Positions 9,042 to 17,461 are shown, counted from the first letter of the stretch. The stretch: 26,497 bases of DNA from a bacterium (GCA_037446635.1 JBBIIG010000021.1:1-26497); one strand, 5' to 3'. Notes: generated by a model from the sequence alone, not told the origin. Numbers and translations: made by a program.

Positions 9042-9629
9042 CTAATTGATCTCCACCCCATTCACCACCGCGGACTGCAATTGAATGATGCCAATTTGCC
9101 CGCGGATCTCCACGCGCCCGGCGCCCGGGGCGTACACTTCCCAAAGCTCATCATCGATGGCCGGCGGGTAATCAAAAAACACTTCGATGCTGTTTTGGAA
9201 ACGGCCCGCGGGAACCTTCGACTGAAAATTTCTTTTGTTGATTTTGGCGATGTATTCCCCGTAACTTTCCCAACTTTCGCCCACGCCGCGGTTGAAGTCG
9301 ATGTACAGCGCATCCTGGCCCTGCCAGTTGATGAAAACGCGACCGCGACCGTCGGTGCGATAGTAGGTGGTATCGGGTTGGACCGCCAGATCAAACGTGC
9401 GGCGGAAAACGAAATAATCGTGCGCGCCGATGGTGGTGATTCCGACAATTTCGTGCTTGAGCCAGTAAGTGCCGGACGGGTAGGTCAACGAATAGGTCCA
9501 GCGGTTGCCGACTTGCAGGGGAAAATAGCCGAGGCCCGCGGTTTCCGGCGCGGTTGGAGCGTGATCGCACGCCCAATAAATCAACCCTGAACTCAACAAC
9601 AAAACCACGCAAATTTTTGGGCGCCTCAT
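9042..9629 (-). CDS. Lipoprotein of the YFPL..GN.W.Y / VPAG.F / YAPG.G family (TapB/DUF3108-like)
   Basis: GGAGGTG RBS, lipobox YWAC, motifs YFPLQVGNRWTY, KVPAGRFQN and YAPGAGRV. Confidence 0.75.
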   Translation of the reverse strand: MRRPKICVVLLLSSGLIYWACDHAPTAPETAGLGYFPLQVGNRWTYSLTYPSGTYWLKHEIVGITTIGAHDYFVFRRTFDLAVQPDTTYYRTDGRGRVFINWQGQDALYIDFNRGVGESWESYGEYIAKINKRNFQSKVPAGRFQNSIEVFFDYPPAIDDELWEVYAPGAGRVEIRGQIGIIQLQSAVVNGVEIN

Positions 9630-9635
9630 TTTACT

Positions 9636-10004
9636 TCACCTCCAAAAACTCGCGAAGATTTGCCACCTACTTTTGGCGCGCATGTTCAAGGTGGCAATCG
9701 CCGTGACCTCAAGCGGCAGGTAGCGGCCATCATCAAGCGGATTAAGGCTTGGCAAGTTGCCGCTAAAGATGACTGGCAAGCCAGGCTTGCGGAATGGCTC
9801 CGGCAAAGTGTGCGTTGGCAAATAGGCGATGGTCGTGTCGGCGTTAGCATAAATGACAAATTGCTTCTCGCGAATTCCGATCTGCTTGATAATGCCGAGT
9901 TGGTTAACGAGGTCCGGCGGCTTCTCTTCGTCGAAGAGGTTGCAGCCGCCGGCCCAAAATATTATTAGATTGAACGCAAAAATTTTAGATAGCCTATTCT
10001 TCAT
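9636..10004 (-). CDS. Small hypothetical lipoprotein (possible OB-fold)
   Basis: Lipobox AGGC, motif YLPTHTLPEPFRKPGLPVIFSG. Confidence 0.7.
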   Translation of the reverse strand: MKNRLSKIFAFNLIIFWAGGCNLFDEEKPPDLVNQLGIIKQIGIREKQFVIYANADTTIAYLPTHTLPEPFRKPGLPVIFSGNLPSLNPLDDGRYLPLEVTAIATLNMRAKSRWQIFASFWR

Positions 10005-10124
10005 GATCCGCTAGTCATGGATTGGATGCTGAAGCTTTGCTTCGGTTCTACACGGGGACCGCAGCCCCGCTTGTGCACTCAAATCAACCCACCATTTCAA
10101 CGGTTTCACCAGCAAGCGAGACAG

Positions 10125-13100
10125 TCACTTCAGCAACATCATCTTTTGCACGGCGCGCAACTGGCCGTTGGCCTCGAGTGTGTAGAAATAGATGCCGCTC
10201 GGCAACACCGCGCCGGAGAGATCGCGGCCGTCCCAGCGGATGGCGTGTTGGCCTGCCGCCAATCGTCCGCCCTCGAGTGTGCGCACTTCCTGTCCCAATA
10301 GGTTGAAGATGCGCAGCCGCACCGTCATCTCCGCTGGCAATCCAAACTTAATGAGGGTTTCGGGATTAAACGGATTCGGGTAATTGCCGTACAGCTCGAT
10401 GGCTGTTGGCACCGGTGGCTCATCCTCCACGCTGGTGACCGAATCCAACACGAAGTTGATCTCCAGCGCGCCATAGCCGACTTCGATCACCTGGGCATCG
10501 GCAAAGTTGGCGACGCCGTTGTTGAACTCGCCCTTAAAATTCAGATGTGTGGCTTTCGCGCGGTAGCGGCCGGGCGGCACGCTGTGCAATTCGTACAAGC
10601 CTTCGGCGTTGCTCTGTGCAAATGACACCGCCTTCTCCGTATCGTTCAACAAATAAATCGTGGCGCTGCGGATCGGTTTGCCGTTGCCATCGGTGACTTT
10701 GCCGAACACCTGCGCGCCGCCGCTTGCGCCCGGCGCGGCCAGGTCGCATTCCGGACAGCCGCGCAGCCACAGAATCGGCGAAAGCGCGAAATCGATGCCG
10801 GTCACCGGCTGGTTTTCAACAACGGCGATTACTTTGGCCTCGGAGGGATCATAAACATTGTCGTAGTATTCGCCAATATAGCCCGGTGCGAAGCTGAAGA
10901 GGTAATAATCGCCGGCGGGCAGGCCGGTCAATTCATAGCTGCCATCGGTTTGAGTGATGGTGTTGAAAAATTTTTCGGAATCAGGGAAAACCGCCGGCGT
11001 CGCCACTGGCCGGGCAATGACCATGGCTATTTGCAGCGCGCCGCTGTTCCATTCATCGGTGACGGTGCCGGAGATGACGCCATCCCCTTCATCACGGGGA
11101 GTGAGCGCAAAATTGACCGCGGTGGTTTCACCGCCGACTACTTTCACTTTCGCAGCCAACTCCGGCACCGGCGCATTTTCAAAATACTCGAACGCGCCGT
11201 TCGAATAAACCGAAACATAATACTCGCCCTGTGGCAGCCACTCAACTTGATAATTGCCAAACTCATTAGTGATGGCGTGATAGGGCCACCAAAATCCCGG
11301 CCAAATACTCGGGCGAGCCAGTCCATCTTCGAAGTAATTGAACCCGATGGGAGTAATCTCCACGTAGGCGCGGGCAATTGGCGCGCCGTTCACTTCGTCG
11401 GTGACGGTGCCGGCAATTGCGCCGTAATACGGCCGCAGCGTGAGATCGAAGTTGATGTCATCGCGCTGAGCGCCATCGGCTAATACGATGAGTGTAGCTT
11501 CGCTGCGGCTGTCTTTGTGATCGAACCACTGCTGCGCGAAATTCTGGTTCTCCCAATATTGCGAGTAGGCGACGTACTCACCCGCGGGCAGCCCCTGGAT
11601 GCGATAGCTGCCGTTGCTGTCGGTGCTGGCATAAGCCCAGATCGACGAAGTCGCACCATTGGCCGGATCGAGGGTAGCGTCAGCGGAGGTGAGTTGAATG
11701 TAAGCATACAGGATTGGCTCGCCGGTGTGGCGCAGCACGCGCCCGGAAATCCTCGCGGTGCCGGGACGGATGGGCAGCTTAAAATTCGTGGGCTGGCGAT
11801 CAGTCGCGCCATTCACTATCACCGACATGGCCTCTTCGGGAGTTTCGGCATCTGGCCAGTAGCGATTGACATACTGCCAGCCCACTTGTGCGTACGCGGA
11901 AACCAGGTATTCGCCATCGGGCAAATTGTCAATGGTGTAATTGCCGCGATGATCGGTGTAGCCATAAGCCCATACCTGCACGCCACCGCTCGACCAATCG
12001 AACGGCGCATGCGCTTGCACCACGGCGCCGGCAATGGGATCATCGTTGGCATCGACCACTTTTCCAAAAATGGTCCCGAAAGTGGTGGGCACGTCGAGAT
12101 CGAAATCGATGCCGGGAGTTTCCACTTCGGTTTCCACTACCACGGCAATAGCTTCATTGATGTCGGTGACGTTATCGTAGTACTCAATCAAATAAAACCA
12201 TTGATTCCACATTTGCGCGGAGACGATATAGTCGCCCGCCGGCAAACCGACGATTTGGTAAAATCCGCTTTCATCGGTAATCGCTGAGCCGTAGCCATAA
12301 ACCACGCCAACTCCAGAGTCGGGCTGCGGAATGGTGCCATCGGGGCGAAAGTCGGTGTAGGCCTGCACATAAATGCCGGAGAGCGGTTTGCCAGTCACCG
12401 TGGTGACAACGCCGGAGATCATGCCGCCGCGGCTGAGGGTGAAGTCGATGCCGTCGTAGTGATTCGGCTCCACCACGTCGATGGCATCGGCCGCATCGAA
12501 CGTAGCCGCTTCTTGGTAGTATTCGTTCAAATAGCCGTCGGCCCAAACGTAGGCATAATATTTTCCGGATTTCATGCCGGTAATTTCGTAGGTGCCGTCA
12601 TCGCGGGTTTCGGTCCAGCCGTAGAAGAAAGGGTTGTCCGGCGAGAACACATTGACGTAAGCGCGGGCGATCGGGTGACCGTCGAACTGCGCGGTCACTT
12701 TGCCGGAAAGGCTGGCGCGTCCGGAATTGATTTGTTCGAGGAAGAAATCGACGCCGCCAGTAGTTTCGCCTTCGCGCACCGGCACCGTGGTGGCGTCGCT
12801 GAAATCGGTGACGTTGTTGTAGAATTTCGGGACGTACGTATCGGCTAACGCCAGCACGTAGTAGTCGCCCGGTTCCAATTCGTGAATCACGTAACGGCCA
12901 TTGGGTTCGACTTTTCCGAAATAGGCGGTGCTGGTGCCCGTGCTGTCCGCAAGCTCCGCATCGCTGCGCCAGGCCACTACCGACGCTGAATAGATATAAC
13001 GCTCGGAAACGCCCGAAATGACGCCAGCAATCGATCCACCGCCAGCGATTTTGTTCAGGCCGGCAGTCTGCGCCTGTTTGTAAATACCTTCAAACGTAAT

Positions 13101-13253
13101 CGCGGGTTGCTTATGGGCCGCGCGCAGCAGATTGATTGAGCGGATGATTTGTTCTTTTTTGAGTTGATTAAAATTGGGGTTGGAACTCTTTGCAAAATTT
13201 GAAACGGCAAAACTGAACAACAGAAACAGCGACAAACAGGTTTTCAGGCGCAT
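10125..13253 (-). CDS. Secreted repeat protein: 8 carboxypeptidase-regulatory-like (prealbumin-like) beta-sandwich repeats plus T9SS type A/FlgD-Ig-like C-terminal domain
   Basis: Signal peptide and GGAGG RBS. Eight repeats of G.I.G.V...PI..A.V...T...G.Y.I..L..G.Y...YY...A..V.V...GIDF.L. C-terminus ELYGNYPNPFNPET.I.F...IFNLLGQEVRTL...WDGRD..G..LPSGIYFY...KMMLLK. Confidence 0.9.
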   Translation of the reverse strand: MRLKTCLSLFLLFSFAVSNFAKSSNPNFNQLKKEQIIRSINLLRAAHKQPAITFEGIYKQAQTAGLNKIAGGGSIAGVISGVSERYIYSASVVAWRSDAELADSTGTSTAYFGKVEPNGRYVIHELEPGDYYVLALADTYVPKFYNNVTDFSDATTVPVREGETTGGVDFFLEQINSGRASLSGKVTAQFDGHPIARAYVNVFSPDNPFFYGWTETRDDGTYEITGMKSGKYYAYVWADGYLNEYYQEAATFDAADAIDVVEPNHYDGIDFTLSRGGMISGVVTTVTGKPLSGIYVQAYTDFRPDGTIPQPDSGVGVVYGYGSAITDESGFYQIVGLPAGDYIVSAQMWNQWFYLIEYYDNVTDINEAIAVVVETEVETPGIDFDLDVPTTFGTIFGKVVDANDDPIAGAVVQAHAPFDWSSGGVQVWAYGYTDHRGNYTIDNLPDGEYLVSAYAQVGWQYVNRYWPDAETPEEAMSVIVNGATDRQPTNFKLPIRPGTARISGRVLRHTGEPILYAYIQLTSADATLDPANGATSSIWAYASTDSNGSYRIQGLPAGEYVAYSQYWENQNFAQQWFDHKDSRSEATLIVLADGAQRDDINFDLTLRPYYGAIAGTVTDEVNGAPIARAYVEITPIGFNYFEDGLARPSIWPGFWWPYHAITNEFGNYQVEWLPQGEYYVSVYSNGAFEYFENAPVPELAAKVKVVGGETTAVNFALTPRDEGDGVISGTVTDEWNSGALQIAMVIARPVATPAVFPDSEKFFNTITQTDGSYELTGLPAGDYYLFSFAPGYIGEYYDNVYDPSEAKVIAVVENQPVTGIDFALSPILWLRGCPECDLAAPGASGGAQVFGKVTDGNGKPIRSATIYLLNDTEKAVSFAQSNAEGLYELHSVPPGRYRAKATHLNFKGEFNNGVANFADAQVIEVGYGALEINFVLDSVTSVEDEPPVPTAIELYGNYPNPFNPETLIKFGLPAEMTVRLRIFNLLGQEVRTLEGGRLAAGQHAIRWDGRDLSGAVLPSGIYFYTLEANGQLRAVQKMMLLK

Positions 13254-13314
13254 ACCGCCTCCTCATGACTTGAAGTAATTTTGAGAAAGATAACGGCTCA
13301 TGTCAGTTTCAGAG

Positions 13315-13380
13315 TCGCAAACTTAACGCAGAGAAAAAAACTAAAAAATCACCTTTGCGATCCCTTGCGGCTTTGCGTGA
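13315..13380. repeat. Degenerate ctttgcg-type short repeats with upstream inverted partial copies
   Basis: tcgcaa/acgcagag followed by ctttgcga, cttgcgg and ctttgcgtga in the intergenic region. Confidence 0.35.
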
Positions 13381-13389
13381 GCTTTGCTT

Positions 13390-13971
13390 TTAATTGACGT
13401 CATTGGAAAAAGAAGCCCCTCCCTGCCCATGCGGAAAATATTTGCCCTTCACAGAGGCTTCGATCAGTTTCGAGGTGCCGCTGGCAGAGCGGTACTCCAC
13501 CATCCCGACCCCGGGCGCATATTTGCATAGCCACTCGCTGCCGACGTTGTCTTGAACTTCAAATTTGACTTCATACAAGTTGCTGAATGCGCCGGCGGGT
13601 GCCGAGGCTATTGATCCGGAATTCAGGAGCGTGCCTCTAATAACGCCGTAACTATTCCAGCTATCCGGCGGCACGCGATCGAAATCGACGAGCACGTAAT
13701 CCTCGCCAAAGTGATGAACCAACACCTGGCTTCCCTCAACGCGGTAATAGTTGGTGTCGCGATACGCACTGTTTTCAAAGCTGCGTTCAAAGACAAAATA
13801 TTCTTTTTCATTGATGGTTTTGACGCCCACCACTTTGAGGAACCATTTGAAATCCCGCTCAAAATTCTGGTAGGCCCATTGATTGCCAACATGCGCCGGA
13901 AAGTAAACGGCTGCCAATGGTTGCTGACGAGTTTTTAAAGCGCTGGCTGGATAAACACTCAACATAAGCAT
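13390..13971 (-). CDS. Paralog of 9042..9629 (TapB/DUF3108-like) lacking a lipobox; N-terminus possibly truncated
   Basis: YFPAHVGNQWAY, YFVFERSF, DTNYYR, APAGAFSN and YAPGVGMV align with 9042..9629. The signal is short and atypical, with in-frame stops just upstream. Confidence 0.7.
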   Translation of the reverse strand: MLMLSVYPASALKTRQQPLAAVYFPAHVGNQWAYQNFERDFKWFLKVVGVKTINEKEYFVFERSFENSAYRDTNYYRVEGSQVLVHHFGEDYVLVDFDRVPPDSWNSYGVIRGTLLNSGSIASAPAGAFSNLYEVKFEVQDNVGSEWLCKYAPGVGMVEYRSASGTSKLIEASVKGKYFPHGQGGASFSNDVN

Positions 13972-14047
13972 ACCAAAAATGATTCAGTTCAAAATCTAAG
14001 GCTATGAGGCAGTTGAAAAAGTCAACCCATTAATTTTTCCACGCCCC

Positions 14048-14905
14048 CTATAACTTGACGATCTGCTCGACAGCGCTGCCGCCGGGCACGGATTTCAACG
14101 TGGCGCCGATCAACACTTCGCCCGTGAGAACATTGCCGGCATTATCGCGCCCATCCCAGGTGACTTGGTAGGCTAGGCTCTCGCCTGCCAGCAGCGAAAT
14201 GCTCGAAAGCACCGCCGCGAAAACTTTATCGCTCGACCAATGCCACAAAAACCCACCCGACTGATTGAACGAGCTTTCAGTGGATGGGCGACGGACGTAA
14301 AAATCAAATATCTGACTGGAATTGAAACGCAAATCGATCGGCCCATTACTGACGTTAGTAACAATGAGCGTCAAGTCAAACTTGTGATCCTCAGCCAGTG
14401 GCTTGACATCCAATTTCAGACTCAGCCCATTTTCAGTGACGCGGTTCTTCAGCGCCACCATGCCATCGACGATGCGCTGAAGCGGCTCCGGCGCTCCAAA
14501 ACGATCGGTGAACACCGTGTTTCTCTGATTACCTTGAATAAACAATATCCGGTAAAAAAAGGCGTCAGCGACCCGCGGGTCAACAAAGGGGCCGCGCAGG
14601 GAGAGAAAATCATTTTGGGCAAACAGGTCGATCAACTCCCGCAGTTCGGCATCGGAAAGCTGCACCGTCCATTGCTGATTGCCTTGCTGGTTATCGGTGA
14701 AAACCGCCAGGCCTGATTCATCCACCAACAAGTTTTGCAGAACGCCGGCAATGCTACCAGTAATTTGCACGGCCAACAGGGTATCGGCAACACTATCGTG
14801 GCGGGTGGAGCTTTCCTCGTTGCTGGCGTCTTCACTCAGGATAGATGGAAAATCACAGGACGAAACCATGAGTGCTATACTCAAAAGCAGAAAGTAGAAT
14901 TTCAT
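14048..14905 (-). CDS. Lipoprotein fusing an emfourin-like domain and a BsuPI (intracellular proteinase inhibitor)-like domain
   Basis: Likely start MKFYFLLL at 14905 (GAGG RBS, lipobox VSSC). N-domain ITGSIAGV...LSDAELRELIDLF...F.SL...ADAFFYRI...APEPLQRIV. C-domain LTLIVTNVSNGPIDLRFNSSQIFDFYV...LWHWSSDKVFAAVL...L.AGESLAYQVTWDG. Confidence 0.8.
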   Translation of the reverse strand: MKFYFLLLSIALMVSSCDFPSILSEDASNEESSTRHDSVADTLLAVQITGSIAGVLQNLLVDESGLAVFTDNQQGNQQWTVQLSDAELRELIDLFAQNDFLSLRGPFVDPRVADAFFYRILFIQGNQRNTVFTDRFGAPEPLQRIVDGMVALKNRVTENGLSLKLDVKPLAEDHKFDLTLIVTNVSNGPIDLRFNSSQIFDFYVRRPSTESSFNQSGGFLWHWSSDKVFAAVLSSISLLAGESLAYQVTWDGRDNAGNVLTGEVLIGATLKSVPGGSAVEQIVKL

Positions 14906-14951
14906 ATTTAAACCTCGTGAAATGAATACAACAGAATTTGCCTGTAATTCA

Positions 14952-14967
14952 AGCAACGGATGTGCCA
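14952..14967 (-). promoter_or_regulatory. Sigma-54 (-24/-12) promoter for the lipoprotein/inhibitor array
   Basis: Minus strand TGGCACATCCGTTGCT matches TGGCAC-N5-TTGCW with exact spacing, 46 nt upstream of the 14905 ATG. Confidence 0.85.
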
Positions 14968-14977
14968 GAAATAATGA

Positions 14978-15002
14978 AGCCCTCCGGGCGCAGTCGAGGG
15001 CT
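14978..15002 (-). terminator. Probable terminator hairpin downstream of the beta-barrel gene
   Basis: Minus strand agccctc-11 nt-gagggct followed by tcattatttct. Confidence 0.45.
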
Positions 15003-15030
15003 AAAAACACGCTGCTTCCTTGGGGTAGGT

Positions 15031-15066
15031 TATCAGATTTTTGAGGAGAGTATCAGAAAACTGAGG
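15031..15066. promoter_or_regulatory. Tandem enhancer-like sites (putative UAS for the sigma-54 activator)
   Basis: Direct repeat tatcagatttttgagg / tatcagaaaactgagg, 20 bp apart. Each has a TCAG-N4-(C/T)TGA dyad and lies ~65-100 bp upstream of the -24 box. Confidence 0.65.
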
Positions 15067-15077
15067 CGACTGTCGAA

Positions 15078-15092
15078 CGACCAGTCTGGTCG
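15078..15092. repeat. 15-bp palindrome (operator-like or REP-like)
   Basis: cgaccag-t-ctggtcg, 8 nt past the stop of 15101..16174. Confidence 0.5.
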
Positions 15093-15100
15093 CTTTACAG

Positions 15101-16174
15101 CTAAAAGCGAATATCAAACCCCGTGGTGACGAGAAATTTGCGGTAAAAGCGGCTGCGAATAATGGACTCGTTGTTATAATACGCCAGCCGCACCAGTGCT
15201 GTCAGCCCGGGGTTGAAGTCTTTGGAGAGATCGGCGATGAAAAAATTGCTCTCTTCACGTTCGGTATCGAGGTCGATGGGAAACATCGGCACAAAGTCTT
15301 CGGTGTAATGCTTGTTCTGATACGCGCCATAGCCGCGCAGCCAGACACCCGCGAACATCGGCGTTCCAAAAAAGAGCACAATTTGGTGACGGTTGTAGCT
15401 GAATCCTTGTGTGTTGGAATCGTTATGAATAAACGAATAACTCAAGTTGATGAGAAATTTTTGGGTGTAATTTAGCTGTAGGAAAACTCTATAATTATCG
15501 TCTTCTTGCTTACGGCCAAAAGCCGGATCATTGGGGTTGAAGTTGAGCGTGCGCTTGTAGCGGATTTGCCGAAACGAAAACTCGAGGCTGCTGGCGATGG
15601 TCGATGTCAACTTGCGGGAAATCTGCCATTTGATTTGATGATCGGAGTAATCGAAAATGGTAAAATTTTGATAGTTGATGCCCGCGGCTTGATAAGCGAG
15701 TTCGCTGGCAATCTTCGAGAAAAACGGCGTTTGAATAAAAATTTCGCCAAAGCCGTTGACGTAATCGAGATTGTCGTTCAAATAAAGTTTGAGCCGGCCG
15801 GAGCCGCGCGCGCCTACCACCATCTTCGACAGCTTGGCGCTGCCCGCTATTTCCACCTCGTTAATGAGTTTATTCTCGATTGCGTTTTGCAAGAAGGTCT
15901 GCAGTCCCGTGTGGAAAATCAAGCCGACGCGGGTTTTGGGAGAGTTGCGCGTGGCCTGGGATTGAAACAGAAAGCGCGCCGAGGAATCTCGAATCTCACG
16001 GGTCGTATCCGAAGCGGGGACCTCGCGTATGTTGCTGTCGAACTCATAGCTCGTCTGCAAGCGGTTCTTCACCCGCCATGGCGGTGCCGTCTGCCCGCTT
16101 CCTTCCTCGGGCACGCTTAACAACGCCACACAAAAAATAAAAGTCAGATTACGTCTTAGTCCGTCTTGTGCCAC
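15101..16174 (-). CDS. Outer-membrane beta-barrel protein of unknown function
   Basis: GTG start and signal peptide, YEFDSNIRE N-terminal strand motif, amphipathic aromatic strands throughout, C-terminal TGFDIRF. Confidence 0.8.
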   Translation of the reverse strand: MAQDGLRRNLTFIFCVALLSVPEEGSGQTAPPWRVKNRLQTSYEFDSNIREVPASDTTREIRDSSARFLFQSQATRNSPKTRVGLIFHTGLQTFLQNAIENKLINEVEIAGSAKLSKMVVGARGSGRLKLYLNDNLDYVNGFGEIFIQTPFFSKIASELAYQAAGINYQNFTIFDYSDHQIKWQISRKLTSTIASSLEFSFRQIRYKRTLNFNPNDPAFGRKQEDDNYRVFLQLNYTQKFLINLSYSFIHNDSNTQGFSYNRHQIVLFFGTPMFAGVWLRGYGAYQNKHYTEDFVPMFPIDLDTEREESNFFIADLSKDFNPGLTALVRLAYYNNESIIRSRFYRKFLVTTGFDIRF

Positions 16175-16249
16175 CCTAAATTCTTTGATTAAGAATTGAG
16201 CTGCGGATGCATTTTGTAAGACCCTACTTTTGTTAAAAGATACAGAGAG

Positions 16250-16378
16250 GTAATGGAGTGCTGGAGTAATGTAACTCGAAGTCCGGCTTTGAGATGCAAT
16301 CCCGAAGCGCGGGGATTGCTTCTCGACTCATTATTCAAAAATCCATCACTCCAGTACTCCATTGCTCCATTACTTCGA
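16250..16378. repeat. Degenerate 8-bp repeats in inverted arrangement enclosing a hairpin
   Basis: taatggagtgctggagtaatg ... tccatcac tccagtac tccattgc tccattac. Internal stem gagatgcaatccc...gggattgcttctc (16291-16324, one mismatch). Confidence 0.7.
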
Positions 16379-16392
16379 TTACCCCCGGCGCA

Positions 16393-17403
16393 TTACTGCG
16401 GCTTTTTGCTCTCCTTCGCGGCTTTATAAAAAGCCTCAGCTTGCCGCGCCAAGCTATCGGCCTGCGCCTTCAGCCGCTGTTCCTGTTTCTTCAAATTGGC
16501 GATCACGTCTTCCAATTCTTCGGGAGAAAGCGTGCCAAAATCGAAGTCCGTTTGCCCGAAAATCAGACTCTGTTCAATAGCCTTGCCGATTTGCCCGCGG
16601 CCAGCCTCGTTACCGAACTGGCCATCCGGGGAGGTGGGAGCGCCAGCCTCGCCAGTGAGGTCCTGCACATCGAAGGTGTTGACGTTGCCCATTGCCTCTT
16701 CCTGTTGATCGAACACGGAGAGATCGGTCATCAAATCGCTCATACGACTTTTCAACTCCATCTCCTTCTTCAAGTCCGCGGTCTGCTTTTCGATGCGGGC
16801 AGCGGTAGCGCGCAGTTTATCCTCCTGATCCTTCAAGAGATCCGCTTTCTGTTCGATCTGTTTCGGGGAATCGTCCGCTTCAATGGCAAGTCGCGGAATT
16901 TTAAGGTTCATAATCTTCGATTCGCCAATTTTCTCCTTCGTCGCCTCGGCGCGCAAACGCAGCCGTTCGATCTCCGCCAGCAACTCGCGCTGTCGCGTTG
17001 ACTCCAACTTCTGATTCTCTAACTGCTTCAGCCGCTTCGAGATCTCGGCATCGTAAAGATAAACCAGGCGATTGGCGTTCTTCACGTACGCATTCTGCAG
17101 TGACTGCACTTGCGAGTCGATCTTCTCGATTTTCCTGGTGACGTCCTGCGAGTCCTTCAGCAGGCGTTCCAACCGCTGCTGCTGAAAATAGCTGCGGCTT
17201 TCCTTCGCCTTCAAATCCTGAATTTCTTTGGCGTAAGCAGCCAGATCGCGGATCAAAATAGTGCGCAGATTACTCTGCTGCTCAATCAGAGAATCCAGGC
17301 GCGCCAATTCCTTTTCCAACGACACAATTTCCTGAGCCAGCAAATTAGCGCCGAACAGCGCCGACAGAATCAGAATTATTGAAATGTGCTTTATGGTTTT
17401 CAT
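16393..17403 (-). CDS. Periplasmic coiled-coil protein of unknown function
   Basis: Sec signal (LLA-QE) and heptad-rich K/E/L/Q helices. Motif DDSPKQIEQKADLLKDQEDKL...RMSDLMTDLSVFDQQE, with a G/P-rich loop before the last helix. Confidence 0.85.
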   Translation of the reverse strand: MKTIKHISIILILSALFGANLLAQEIVSLEKELARLDSLIEQQSNLRTILIRDLAAYAKEIQDLKAKESRSYFQQQRLERLLKDSQDVTRKIEKIDSQVQSLQNAYVKNANRLVYLYDAEISKRLKQLENQKLESTRQRELLAEIERLRLRAEATKEKIGESKIMNLKIPRLAIEADDSPKQIEQKADLLKDQEDKLRATAARIEKQTADLKKEMELKSRMSDLMTDLSVFDQQEEAMGNVNTFDVQDLTGEAGAPTSPDGQFGNEAGRGQIGKAIEQSLIFGQTDFDFGTLSPEELEDVIANLKKQEQRLKAQADSLARQAEAFYKAAKESKKPQ

Positions 17404-17414
17404 ATTCTTGCCTT

Positions 17415-17461
17415 TAGTTGTTCATAATGTTTTAAAACGTCAGGCCGTAGATGAACAACTA
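17415..17461. repeat. Perfect 11-bp inverted repeat spanning the regulator / coiled-coil intergenic region
   Basis: tagttgttcat (17415-17425), 25 nt, atgaacaacta (17451-17461). Confidence 0.65.

Noticed and set aside
13972..13998. Single nonsense mutation hiding a longer signal peptide for 13390..13971
   Set aside because: There are two in-frame stops (TGA and TAG) and no ATG or lipobox in that frame upstream.
3311..14905. Integron cassette array
   Set aside because: No integrase, and the spacers are mostly too short (some genes overlap) with no recognisable attC structure.
14906..15010. N-terminal extension of the 14048 ORF (start at 15010)
   Set aside because: It would run through the sigma-54 promoter and hairpin. 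The ATG at 14905 has an RBS and gives a proper lipoprotein signal.
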